A DNA stretch of 63,844 nt, filler included, from Rhabdomonas costata (GCA_019059605.1; 50 parts of 50 records of this genome joined end to end with filler, not necessarily neighbours in it), one strand, 5' to 3'. Counted from the first letter of the whole stretch, positions 36,429 to 49,014 are shown. Numbers and translations are program-made. The notes: generated from the letters alone by a model not told the origin.

Positions 36429-38709
36429 CGGACAAGCGGGAGCTCGTCTGGGGACGCTTGGCTGACTCACACCTGGGTACGGCTTCCGCACGGGCAGCAG
36501 TACCGACGGACACCGGCCGCGCGAGCTGAATGCCGAGCCCCGACTTTTCCTGGGGGGAAACCCCGCCCTCGTGCACTCGGAAAAGGGAGCTCATACCATT
36601 TTTTCTAATGCGAAACCATGCAGAAAAATCCACAACACACGGAACAGAGAAAGCGGTGTGGCATTGGCAAGAGGTCCCAGAGCTTTCATGAGCTTCAACA
36701 GCTTTTACCACACAAACACCTTCCGATAATAATAACATTCTCTGACTGCTTTTCCGTTGGAAAACAAAATGCTCACCAAGCCTTTTCAAAAGCCACCAGG
36801 CCATATCAGAAGAGTTGAGCCAACCCAGTCCTCGAAATCACAAATCCCTCCCCCCAAATCACTAATAATGCGTTCCTTGCTTTGAATGGCTCTTCCTCCG
36901 ACTAAAAAAGTGCACAAAGGCAAAAAAAAACCTCAATACTCGCAATGCCTTCGGAGAGTGGGAGGGGGGAGGGCGGGGAGACGAAACCGCGGACACCACC
37001 CCCCNNNNNNNNNNNNNNNNNNNNNNNNNNNNNNNNNNNNNNNNNNNNTTAATTAATTAANNNNNNNNNNNNNNNNNNNNNNNNNNNNNNNNNNNNNNNN
37101 NNNNGGGGGTTGTGGGACATGTTGTCACTCACAGTTATCACAAGCTGGTGAGGCTCCGCTCGCTTGAAGATCTTGCATGTGAAGAACAGCCATATGGGGG
37201 GAAAGCTTGTGGGTTTTTTGTAGTTACGTTTTGGGTGCCGTCAATAAACCTCTGAACGTGTGTGGCCTTCGCAGCTTGGCGGCCGTTGTTTCAATGGGCG
37301 ATAGCCATACTCTCTTCTCGGTCCTGTATCCGTCTTCGCAGTGAGTAGCGGTGGTGGTCGTGTGAGAAGCAGTGCTGCATCATGACCACCTTCGCCTTGC
37401 ACCCACCGACACCAGATTTCAATTAGATGCGGTGATGTAGTCGATCGTCATTTCCGAGCCTCCAGCTGCTTTCTGATGCAATCTCTCTTGCGCTCTGTCT
37501 CTCGTTTGAAGGCCTCGCCCTCGCTCCTCCCTCGCTACAGAGCAGCGCAAGGGCGAGCTGCGTGAGGTTGCGCGGACCTACCAAGCCCGCGTGGATGCTT
37601 ACCAAGCGCGCTTCCGTAGAGACAAAACCAGGGTGCGTGCATTGAGGGTGGTGGGTTAGTCATACGCAGACATAGAGTGAACTCTTGGTGGTAGTGCTCC
37701 GCGCGCGGACTACAATCCCCTCCAATGCAACCCTTCTGTCAAGTTTTTGCAAGAATGTTCAATTTTGTAGGGTCTGTTTTTGGATGGATGGTTGCATTTA
37801 CTATATATATACGGGCGTATCAAGTCCAAATGTACCAATGTCCTCACCGAGTATGCCATAGGTTGTGTCACGAGAGGATCAGCCGATGTTACACACCCGA
37901 TGTATTAGAAGCCCTAATTTGAGGAATGACTGCTTTCACAGGGGTGAGGAATCGCCTCGTTGGCATTTTCCTGCTCGTATTTTGACTTGGAAGAGAGAGA
38001 GGGATATAAGATAAGGATGGGATCAAGCGTGAATGAAAAAGATGGCAAAAGAAAAGTTGTCGCTCGCATCCACGTGTGCTGCCTGGGCACTGGCGCTCGG
38101 ACGATTGACCCTGTAGGACTTCTGGGAGCCCGGGTGCCTGCTTCTTCCCCTTTAATAGCGCATTTGATGCAGTTGAAGTTGGGGGAGGGGGGAGTGGTTA
38201 CAGTTACCAGTGGGAACATTTTTACTATGGAAGAATATTTAAAAATGTTCCCACTGGTAACTGTAACCACCCCCACCAAACCNNNNNNNNNNNNNNNNNN
38301 NNNNNNNNNNNNNNNNNNNNNNNNNNTTAATTAATTAANNNNNNNNNNNNNNNNNNNNNNNNNNNNNNNNNNNNNNNNNNNNGGTTTTGATTGTAACCAA
38401 AAAATGTCCAGCACGCGATCGGTTTGTCGTCGAAGAAGGTCTTTGTTCTTCTTTTTGCGTTATACTGCCCTGGACATTTTTTGGTTACAATCAAAATCTG
38501 CACCATGTACGAAGCTCTTGTTTCAACATCCAATATGGAAACCAACTGTATTTCTGGTTCCTCTTAACGTGCCACCCGTTCTTAGATCCACAGCGTGACG
38601 GCTGGCTGTGGGCACATCGAATGGGGGCACATTTTATTCGCCCCGCAGTGTGTGGAGGTGTGACGTAATCGGCGATGGGGAGAGAAGGCAGGTCTGAGCG
38701 TCAGATACC

Positions 38710-38814
38710 GCCAACGGGGAGGAACTCCGGGGCCTCGCCGCCGGTGGAGCCCGAGCCCCCCGTGGATTGCACCGAGGAGTCCGCATAGTGGACGTGCGGA
38801 ACCGCGCTCCAGTC
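38710..38814 (-). CDS. Hypothetical protein internal exon
   Basis: tacAG|...|GTatct, phase 1-1, GC3-rich: WSAVPHVHYADSSVQSTGGSGSTGGEAPEFLPVG. Boundaries approximate. Confidence 0.4.
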
Positions 38815-39667
38815 TGTACATATCCGCGCGCACACAGAACTGGTGGTCACAAAGCACTGATGTCACGTCGGCCAAATGAGGAAACTTTGTCCTTGACCAT
38901 TTTTTGGGTATGGTTCGGAACGAACAACCCAACGGACCGATGGGGACGGCGAACGAGAGGCACAACAAGCTCTTCGTTCCCGAAAGGAGAAAATCTGCAG
39001 TCGAATTTTGGTAGATATTTTGATATGTTATGTGTCACATCCGGAAACCAGTAAAATGTGGCAGTTTTCTGTTCGAAGTCTTCTTGGAACTTATGTGAAT
39101 GCCGTTGTCTGGGCACATGTTAAGTAATAAACCGGGAAGGTTTTCTGGGGAGTGACCTACAACTACTAGTGAATCTTTTCGGGTGATTCCAAATTGTGTT
39201 GACTTTTGAACTGAATTGTGTTTTCTGGGCCGGTAGCTTGAGGAGAAGGGCACTTAAAGTTCGAGTTTGAACCCAGCCGTGCGCCGAGGCTCTGAGTTTT
39301 CGGTGTAACGCACTTAACAAAGGTTGCCGGATGCGAGCGCATAAGAGATAAGTCGGAATCGCAGTTTTTACGAATCGAACTGACCTTTTCAAGTTCAGAA
39401 TGCAAGCACATAATACCAAAACCCCTTGAACAAAAATCTGTTGGAGGGAAATAACGACGTTTTCCATTTTCTTAAAATAACGACAAAAACTGCCAAACAA
39501 TTTCTGTTGAACGTTCCAACCGTAACAATCAGTCAAACCCCCCCCAAACACACCCACCACNNNNNNNNNNNNNNNNNNNNNNNNNNNNNNNNNNNNNNNN
39601 NNNNTTAATTAATTAANNNNNNNNNNNNNNNNNNNNNNNNNNNNNNNNNNNNNNNNNNNNGTTGTGG

Positions 39668-39714
39668 TTAGGGTTAGGGTTAGGGTTAGGGTTAGGGTTA
39701 GGGTTAGGGTTAGG
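39668..39714 (+). repeat. Telomere-type (TTAGGG)7 + TTAGG array
   Basis: Seven perfect units at the contig 5' end, followed by unique sequence. Confidence 0.95.
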
Positions 39715-41327
39715 TTGAAATTACAGCAGTCAATATCAGAGTGTGACTAGATCAATGTGCACGCTTCACCATGATACAACCTAGTTGGAGCGCACAATGT
39801 ATGCAAGTTTGCCGTTGTTGGGTTATACGGCGGTTGTACTGTATGCTCCTGTTGCGCGAAACGCATCTCAACGTCTCAAAGCCTTCTTTTAATTTCGATA
39901 TGCGTACTCACTTATCGGGCGTGTCGTGCAGAAGTCAGTCTCTGGATGCAAATGGATGATAGCATCACCATGCCTGATGGTTAAAACTTCAACTTTCAGA
40001 GAATGTCAGAGAAGCTTGCAAAGACCTTTAGTTGGGTATATTTTGGTAACTAGCCGGTCGTCTTTGTGCACGCTGCCGCCAAAATTCAACGCCGATATAA
40101 TTACCATGTGGGCGGAAAATTTTTTTAAACGTTGTAATTTATGTAAATTTTATCTGGCCGCCTAGGGTCGAGGCTTGAAATCCAACCCACCCCAAAAAGC
40201 TCGAAGAAAGCCACTGGCTTTGCCAACGAGTTCCAATATTGAATTCGCAGACGTAGACGCCAAGGGTCCAGAAACCACATAGGCCTTGCTGAGAACCAGT
40301 CCGAGGCGCGACAGAAGCGTCGTGTTGATGGGTTGAAACGTGATACCCAAATACTGTTCCCTAACGTGTTCAACGCGGTGAAAATGCTGGTTCGAGAAAC
40401 TAAACCAGTTGGTGAACGTTTGGGTTTATTTTCAGATAAATAGTTTCGCGCCGAAACCTCTTTTCCAAGGACACGCTGGATAGTCTTCGACTTGAAAAAA
40501 AGATATTCAACTTGTTTGTGGTCAAAGTCGAGGTAGTTTTCGAAGGCGGGTTGACGAAACGAAAGGTTTAATATTGGCGCATCGGTTAAAGTGAGGGGAA
40601 AGCCTCGTTGCGGCTAAGGAAAAGATTTGTTCAGTTGTTGAAATGATACTTAACGTGCTTACGTTGAGGAAACCGGGCGGGCATAGGGATAAACGGATGA
40701 TGTGGGGGTAGTTAATTGGGAAGAATGTTGAGAACGAAGAAGCAGCAGGAGGAAGAACATCTGAACGAGGCAAGGCGGAAAAAACCATAGACCGACAAAA
40801 GTGAAGCCAGAGATGGGAAAGGGAAGAGAAGACCAAACCCCNNNNNNNNNNNNNNNNNNNNNNNNNNNNNNNNNNNNNNNNNNNNTTAATTAATTAANNN
40901 NNNNNNNNNNNNNNNNNNNNNNNNNNNNNNNNNNNNNNNNNTTTATTTCTCTCGCATGGAGTTAGGAAGCCTTGGCTGTGTCCCATAGGACAAGATATTT
41001 CTTCTCGCAGGGGGTTAGGAAGCCTTGCCCGTGTCCCCTAGAAAAAGGGTCACTGCGAAAGTTATGCCTAATAATAAAATAACAATAATTAATATGAATA
41101 TCAATATCAATACATTATAGATATGTTGGTAGGGAGGCAGAGATATATTCGCATCTGATCCCCGAATGAAAAGAAGAACATGTGAGTCGCCAACCGGGGC
41201 AATCAGGGCAGAAAGTTCTGCCTTGATTTCGAAAAACCATAAACCTTGTCTTGAGGCGCAGCACAGGGGGTACATCACACAATTCGTCACGGGAGCGTGA
41301 ACTGGTTCACGCATGGGGCTAGCATAC

Positions 41328-42083
41328 CCAATAGACGGCGCTGGAGACCACAGTGCAGGCCCGGTAGAGCTTTCCCAGGCCTTCCAGGCGGGAGGTGAGG
41401 TTCACCCCATCCCCCAGCACGGTGTAGTTCATCCTACAAAAGCCCCGACCACCCAAAACCACAAATTCGCCGCGTGCCCACGAGTTGCTTTCACGTGGTA
41501 CACAAGTCGTGGGTCGACGCGAAGTGCACTTATCGATGACATCGCATGGTGCTGCTGAAACCATTCCCTTCAGAAGAGAACATCATCAACGACCTCTTGG
41601 GTAATAGCAATCGGCGCACCCGTTGAAGTTATAACAACCAACCACACCCAAGACCCTACTCCCACGCCAATCGCCAACGGGGGCCAGCCAAATGGCTCAC
41701 AGCCATCAGTGTTCGCAAAACCCACTGGCCATAATTTGATTAGACTCACCAATGACACAACACCTCGGCGTCACATTGGAAGCGTTAGCAAGGGTCCTAG
41801 ATGAGCTGGCAAACACTTTCTTACCACAACGACCCCGTTGAGTCGCTGATCGGTGCAGTTTCTTCAAACCACCCATCTCTCTCCCTCCAGGAAGGCAAGA
41901 GACCTGTCTGCGCAGCCCACGTTGCCCACCAGGACTTTGTCACAGTGCAGCCCGATCCGCACGGCAAGGGCGGGCAGCCGCCGCCCCACCCAGTCCTGGT
42001 TCATCAGCCCCAGGATCTCCCCTATCCCCAGCGCGGCTTGGCACGCCACCCGGGGGTGCTCAGGAACCTCCTGCGGTGCGTTC
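41328..42083 (-). CDS. Class III adenylate cyclase, bacterial-type catalytic domain (exons 42083-41904, 41433-41328)
   Basis: NAPQEVPEHPRVACQAAL...RIGLHCDKVLVGNVGCADR|MNYTVLGDGVNLTSRLEGLGKLY. The catalytic NxxxR is intact and the YT substrate-specifying position is present. Confidence 0.93.
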
Positions 42084-42868
42084 CTTTGGGAGGGAGAAAC
42101 AGAACTTGGAGACCACACCNNNNNNNNNNNNNNNNNNNNNNNNNNNNNNNNNNNNNNNNNNNNTTAATTAATTAANNNNNNNNNNNNNNNNNNNNNNNNN
42201 NNNNNNNNNNNNNNNNNNNGTTTTCTCTTCGAGTTGGATGCGCGATGCCACCAGTGTGTCAGTGTCTATGCCGGGCAAGCCCAATTACGCGCTGAAGTAT
42301 TGTTTCTTGGCATAGCAGGAGTATTTTTGCATCTCAGTGATGGATGGATTTTCCATATCCTTGTTGTCTGTCTGGTCGATGCTAGTCAAAATTGCGGTTT
42401 TCGTGAAATTGCAGTCAGCGCATGCGGATTTCAATTTCCTCCTCCTCTCCTGAGGCAATGTCTCCCTATTAGCGGGGCTTTGTCATTATGATCCACCCAC
42501 CTTTGGTCCCCCCGCTGAGTCGTTGAAGGAACTGCGACTTTGCTTTTATAGGAATGGGGTTTGTGTAAACTGCACCAGCGGTTAAATTTTCCCGACATCC
42601 TGTGAGTTCCAATGGATGAGCGAATCACCATCGACACGTTCTTTCGCCCACTTGTAGGAGAAGGTAAAGGGACAGCCTCGCTCCGGAGCTTTTTCTATTT
42701 TCTGTTGTTTAAAATTAACCCGAAGCGCTTCACCCTCTCACCCACCACCCACCACCCACCCGCACGGCCATAGGTAGTTAAAATCTCATCCGGGTGCACA
42801 GCAGGAGTTTCTCTTCTGCTGTGCTCTGCCCTGCTCTTTCCGTTCGAGCCCAGTGCTTCGGTGCGCCT

Positions 42869-43160
42869 TCATTTTTTTGATTCAGCAGAGCTACCCTGGA
42901 GCCCCAGGAGAGCGTTTTAAGGTGGCTGGTTATCCTGTGTTTTCCTTTTCTTGTTTTCTGCGGGAGGGGGGGGGGTGAAAATTGGAATATGATGCCCTCC
43001 TCTGCAACCCGTACCCACACTTGCTTCCCCCACAAAATGTGACCCGAACCTTGCCACACAGAAGCAGGTTTGTCACCTCATCGGCAACCGTGAAGGGATG
43101 GAGGATGACGGTTTTCTCGTTACCACGGTCTCTGTTCGATGGGTTTGACTTTTTGCCCAT
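42869..43160 (-). CDS. Hypothetical short protein or last two exons of a longer gene (43160-43050, 42895-42869)
   Basis: Phase-0 GT-AG join gives MGKKSNPSNRDRGNEKTVILHPFTVADEVTNLLLCGK|GSSAESKK*. Confidence 0.3.
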
Positions 43161-43587
43161 GTCTCCTTTCTGGATGGACAGGGCATGTTCCTGAGGCCGG
43201 CGTTTTCCATGTCATGTGCCCTTTTTCCGCCGCAGTCCCTCCTTTTGTCCTTCTTATATTGCGGTACGGTAGTAGATTGCCGGTGTTTCCCCCGCCCCGA
43301 AGACTTTGCGGAATTTTCCCTTTTTCTTCCCTTCTCTTCCGATTTCTCCTTCCTTTATTGTAGTGCGGGGGAAGAGCATATTGTGTTGCTGTTTTTCNNN
43401 NNNNNNNNNNNNNNNNNNNNNNNNNNNNNNNNNNNNNNNNNTTAATTAATTAANNNNNNNNNNNNNNNNNNNNNNNNNNNNNNNNNNNNNNNNNNNNTGG
43501 GGGTACGGAGACGTTGTGTGTGTGTGGGGTTCCTGAACTCTTGGTGTGCAAGAAACTCTGCACGGCCCCACCCTTCACACTTTTCAG

Positions 43588-44273
43588 AGCCCAGTAGGGT
43601 CTTCCGGTTGGTCGGGCCCGAGTTCTTCTCTATGTCCAACTACGCCGTGGGCACCTTCATCTGCTGGCCAGACTTCACCTTCGCGACGCGCAGTGAAGTG
43701 TGTGGTGTTGCTTCTTTCTGTGTTGGGATACATATCTATGCGGGTCGAGATGTTTACTTTGCACCGCCAACACACATAACGAAACTGGTGGCTGGGGTGA
43801 GGGAAGGACTGCACCGGGAAGGCGGGTATGCATCTGTGGTGAGTTTGATATCATGCAAGATGCATGTGTGTGCATCGGGAAACCCGAGACACGTGAATCT
43901 GCTCTCACACACTTCATATGATTGATCTTCACTTAACTCTCTGTTCCGAGGGGGTGCTTGTTTGCGAAAAAGAAAACAGTGTGAATCCACGACGCCCGCG
44001 TTGGCCGCCACGGCCCTCACAGTCTATCCAACACTAGTAATGCAAAGCATACCTCTCATTGCGTCGCATTACGTATGATCCACGTCGGGGTTGCAGGAGG
44101 CCTTGCGGTGGCTGGCAGTCGGGGACCAGAGCATCGTGTTTGGGATCGATACCAGCACCGCCAGGGACGTCTCCCAGCTGTGTGGGCTGCTGCCCACGGC
44201 ACGCCCGGTGCAAGGGGAGGTCGTCCTGCTGCCCCGCACCTGCTTTCGAGTCATGAGGACAACTATGAATGGG
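43588..44273 (+). CDS. Mono-ADP-ribosyltransferase-like domain (ART/R-S-E clade), exons 43588-43697 and 44097-44273
   Basis: Spliced SRVFRLVGPEFFSMSNYAVGTFICWPDFTFATRSE|EALRWLAVGDQSIVFGIDTSTARDVSQLCGLLPTARPVQGEVVLLPRTCFRV. It follows vyRg...Y..G..i.W..FtStS...lF.I....rdIS...E.EVll.p.t.F.V in order and spacing. Confidence 0.8.
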
Positions 44274-45617
44274 GTACTCCTTTCGACCCTCTCTGTCGCT
44301 TTCGATTGCGATATAGACGAGCGTTATTAACCCCCCCCCTGCAATGGAACTGTTCGTTCGGGTGTCGGCTTCTTGTTTTGCTCTGTTTTTTCTCTTCCTG
44401 CTTTGCTTGTGTTACCCATGCACATGTTTGGTGAAACCGTGGGGTGCGTCCCACCTCCGGAATGGTCTTACCTCCTTGGTGAGGCGGTGACCATGAAAAA
44501 ACTGCGAGGCAGAAAAAAGCTCTGGACGAGCTTGGAGAGCATGGGGGTGACCTGAAATCCTCTCGCTCCACTTGATGCACAATGTTATGATAGACTTGAG
44601 GAGAAATCCCTCGTAAACGCCACATTTTTCATTCCATCTGCCCTTTCTTCCACCCCACCCCAAACACACCAACACNNNNNNNNNNNNNNNNNNNNNNNNN
44701 NNNNNNNNNNNNNNNNNNNTTAATTAATTAANNNNNNNNNNNNNNNNNNNNNNNNNNNNNNNNNNNNNNNNNNNNGGTGGGGGGTGGATTGTTGTGCGCC
44801 ATCTCTCGTAGCAGAAGTAAGCTATTGACTGTTTGACTATTCCTCTTAAGGCGCCAGGATTCGAGGAAGGTAAGGATATGTCCTGCATTTGCCCTCAGTG
44901 AGTCTTCATTCGTTCTATTGGCCCTTTATCGATAACTGCGGTGGCGTGCTTTGTTCAGTTTCGTATTGTCTGAACTGATTTCAGTTTGAACTGGTTGCAG
45001 CATTAGGTTTAGTCGCCCGGCTTTTTTGCCTTCCCCTCACATTTGCCAATCTGATGGCGAGTGCGCATGGGCGTGGAAGAGGACGCTTTGGTCGGGGAGG
45101 CGGCCGAGGAGGCGGCCCCGCTCCCATCATGGATGGGGGTATGGCCTGCTTCTAACTTAGTGAAGCTCTTCCACTTCCAAACTTTTTTTTCAAACTCTCG
45201 AAGCATGTTTACCCGACCATTTGTGGACGAATCTGCTGGGTTCTGTCATTGTAATCCGTGGAATCTGAGACACGTGGTATGTCTGCTGTGTCACGGATTG
45301 TTTTCATTGTTAAGCCGGAACTTCCGGCAGAACAACAACACTTCGCCCCGAAGGTTCAAACCTGCAAGCCATCGGAACGTGAAGAACTAATGGGTCATTC
45401 ACTTCTCGTACTCAGTTAAGTTACCGCCTCACGGAACCGAGAATTAGCTTGGATGAGATGCACCAGCGGGTGCACCCATACACCCACATACGGGTTGCTA
45501 ATGTTATGTTGGACTTTGTTGCCTTTGCAATGCTCTACACTGAAGTAGGATGGGGCTCTTCGTCTTCACCCCTTGGCCGCTTAGCTCCCCTTTTATTGCG
45601 TTTTAAAGAACTGCTGG

Positions 45618-45740
45618 ATAGCGTGATCGTATTCCTGGACAAGAGCGACTCGTACGTTTTCGCGGTGCCACTTGTAACGGAACACTTCCCACTTCCGGAC
45701 GGCTTCAGAACCTGGTTCAGCTCGAATGGCATCCGCGATG
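45618..45740 (+). CDS. Hypothetical protein exon
   Basis: GC3-rich frame LLDSVIVFLDKSDSYVFAVPLVTEHFPLPDGFRTWFSSNGIRD. Strand and boundaries uncertain. Confidence 0.3.
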
Positions 45741-46834
45741 TCGCGCCGGAATCAGAGAGCGGACAGGATAGAAAACCCACAGCGACAGGTCAACCAACTC
45801 CAATTTTGGAATCTCGAAATAGAGCAGCGCGAGCAGGGCACACCGAGACGCGTTGTAAAACGACATCAAACACAACCAAACAACAGCAACCCCGTAGAAC
45901 GTCAAAAATGTGTGTTACCTCAGTCTGGCGACGGGTTTCGCCTCCAACCCCCCNNNNNNNNNNNNNNNNNNNNNNNNNNNNNNNNNNNNNNNNNNNNTTA
46001 ATTAATTAANNNNNNNNNNNNNNNNNNNNNNNNNNNNNNNNNNNNNNNNNNNNGTGTGGGTGTGTTTGGTGGGTGGGGTATGTTCCTCCAACATGGTTTC
46101 TTCCTTTTTGCACTGTGTGGGCGCGCTCTGGGGTGGGGACTTGATGGCCCGTAATGATCTTTGTTACACTGAATCAGGGCAAGACAAAGACAAAGCAAAA
46201 AAAACACTTGATTTCGAAAGGGTAGTTTCCGTAAGACTGAATTTAAGACTGATCTTGGAACTGTACACCAACAGCTGTATTTTCTACGAATCCACCAATT
46301 CAAATATCTCCGGCTGCATTTGAATTTGAATTTGAATTCTGTGAGATGCAAAGACTGAATACCCTTGCTTCGGAGGAATGGTGAAAAAAGCAAGGGAATG
46401 GAGTAGTCGAGGGCGGTTCGCGCGTGTCCCACCAGAAGCGAGAAGAAACCTGACATCACAGCTATGGTGGCAAATCTTTTGTTACGTGCGCCAAACAGGT
46501 AAACGCAGGCACCGCGGGCTTCCAGGACTCCAACACTTTTCCGGACAAACAGAGCACAAACCGAGCACTGTACATTGAATTGATCCATACATACATACAG
46601 ATGAGGCATTGGGATTGCATTTATTGCACGCTCTCACGGCTTAACTCTCTCTAGGAAGTAAATCCCAGAGGCTATGGGGCATCCCTAGCGAGCACCACAT
46701 GACACTCTCTCACCACAATACAAAGCGTGCCTCCGCGAAATGCCGAAGACGCGGCACAAATCATGAGACGGGGGATGAGGACGGAGAGACATACAAGAAG
46801 GACCCACACCCACACGAGCAAGGGACGCAGACCA

Positions 46835-47067
46835 GGTCCTCCCCATCCCCGGCTGTGGGTGCAACGCAGAGCGTTGGCTTGGTCACCGAGGCGCACTCAG
46901 TAATCACAAGGGCATTCGGGCTGGTGACGGAGCCAGAGCCAGAGCTCTTGCTCGAGCTGGAGACCCGCGCGGGTGCGGTGAGCTGCGCAGGGCCCCGCTG
47001 CTGAGTCGAGGAGGAGGACAATGGCTGCGGTGGGGCAGTAGCAACGCTCCCACCGCGGGGGATCGTG
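46835..47067 (-). CDS. Ser/Pro-rich low-complexity exon, hypothetical protein
   Basis: tgtAG|...|GTctgc flanks an open frame TIPRGGSVATAPPQPLSSSS...GEDL. Boundaries approximate. Confidence 0.4.
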
Positions 47068-47580
47068 CTACATCGGAAAAAAGCAAAAGCAGCTGAAACC
47101 ATTAACCGAAGCTTTATTGGTAATCTACTGTACAAGCGAAAGAAGTGGGGAATAGGGGGAAGCTCCTGCGCCCAGCTTTCCAAACTTGATCTTTATATAC
47201 GCAACACCGATCGAGCGATCGACAAACAAACNNNNNNNNNNNNNNNNNNNNNNNNNNNNNNNNNNNNNNNNNNNNTTAATTAATTAANNNNNNNNNNNNN
47301 NNNNNNNNNNNNNNNNNNNNNNNNNNNNNNNGGGGGGTGGGTGGTGGTGTACTTTTCCTAGCCTGGATGCATTCCACAGTGGATTGCCGTGGTATAGGGC
47401 ACACCTGTGTCCTTGTCGTGATCTCCCAGACGCATGCGTGAACCCTATCTTGATTCACAGTTTTACTCAGTGTCACATCACACTGGGATGCCAGCGAGGT
47501 AGTGAGATTAAGACAGGGCTTTCCTGGTGGTTCTTTTTTCTGCTTCTTCGTTCGGACTCGCATGTCTTCTTTCTTGTCAG

Positions 47581-47750
47581 GCAACAACTTCGCCGCGGCT
47601 TGGGTGTGCGAGGAGGCCGCGATGCTGGCGCAGCGCCACCATCTCCCGGTGTGCGCCGCGCGGCACCTGGGGATGGCTCAGGAGTTCTACACCCGCTGGG
47701 GGGCCCACGCCAAGGTGGTGCAGCTGCAGAGGGCCATGCACGCCCTCGCG
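47581..47750 (+). CDS. Exon from the helical region that follows the STAND ATPase in HstK/Chk1-type multi-domain signalling proteins
   Basis: gtcAG|...|GTgccc. AAWVCEEAAMLAQRHHLPVCAARHLGMAQEFYTRWGAHAKVVQL matches A.anE.AA.......A..yl..A...Y..WGA.AKV.QL. A further acidic exon probably lies at ~48384-48496. Confidence 0.78.
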
Positions 47751-49014
47751 GTGCCCCCGCAGGTTTTTTGCGTGCCTCGCATTGCCTTTTGCATTTTGGC
47801 TCTCTGTTCAAGTGAAGTCAAGCAAATCCACATCAACGCAATTCGCTGACAGACCGTTTTTCCTTGCGGATTTCTTGAACGAGTATGTTGTGCAAAGTCT
47901 GTTCCTTAAGCCAACAGCCTCCGGGCTCAACAAAGGCTGGGGGGGGGCGGGTAGCAAAAAGGACTAGCGTCGTTTTTCCTGCGCATATAATGACCTTTTC
48001 CGTCACATGGTTTGAATCCAGAGAAGGCAATTGTGAGACAAGAAACGACTGAGCTGCTTTTCATTAGTGGCGTTCAGGATCTCTTTCAAAAATGAGAGCA
48101 AAGAATATCCAGAATGACAAAAACGCGTCGCCCGCACACGATTCCGATTCCAGCTTCCATTCACTCCCCTCTGTGCAACACATTTACGGGGGGATCTGAG
48201 TCAAAATTCAACAAATTCAAGAAAAAAGATTTCTCCACGGACATGACAGATGCAGACGATGTGTTCTTACGAAGTCTGAATGGTCGCTTATTATGGAATG
48301 GCTTTTGACGTCTCTGCTTGGAGGTCAAAGGGGCAATACCGCACACGCAAGTGCGCGCACACACAAACACCCATACACGCAGGTTGTGTTTCCGGAGACT
48401 TCTGCGGGGCGGCTGTCCAGCGTGGAGTCCGAGGGAGGCGATGGGGAGGAACCAGAGCTGCTCCCCGAAGACGCCCCGCTGGCAGCCTCGTTGGGGGTCA
48501 CACAAAACANNNNNNNNNNNNNNNNNNNNNNNNNNNNNNNNNNNNNNNNNNNNTTAATTAATTAANNNNNNNNNNNNNNNNNNNNNNNNNNNNNNNNNNN
48601 NNNNNNNNNTGTGGTTTTTCCAAGCGAAGAGATTGTGCGTGTGGGGACAGCGGAGCTTTTGGCGCTAAGCAGAAAACCCGACTCCGTGAGGAGAAAGGAA
48701 GCATAGTTCGTGCAGAAAGTAAGAAAATGGGGATCAGGGTGTGTCAACAGGATATCGAGGTATTGCCAGCAGGTCGGGAGAATGCCGTAGCTCGAGTGAG
48801 TCGTACGGCACCCAGTGAGTTTTTCAAAGTGTTCCGTCTTGTCCCGGTCGCTTCCGCAAAGGTGGCTCCAATGACAGTTTCCCAAAGAATGTCCATCCAT
48901 CCTTGAAACCTCATTGAAACACTGGCTTGAAACTGTTGCACCTCCCTGGACCCAGGAGTTTGAGCTGTGGAGCCTCAGCCGGCATTTCTCCAGGGCTGGA
49001 GAAGAAGTGCAACC

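Noticed and set aside
39255..39335. GGTTCAAAC B-box-like motif on the minus strand (tRNA or SINE)
   Set aside because: No cloverleaf or convincing A-box.
15386..44273. Apparent NAD+/ADP-ribose 'system' (Tpt1 + ART) or signalling cluster (cyclase, HstK-like, EDR1)
   Set aside because: The genes lie on separate, length-sorted contigs, so proximity in the window means nothing.
45618..45740. FAVPLV suggesting a bromodomain
   Set aside because: Lacks the following PDY...I..PMDL motif, so it is kept only as a hypothetical exon.
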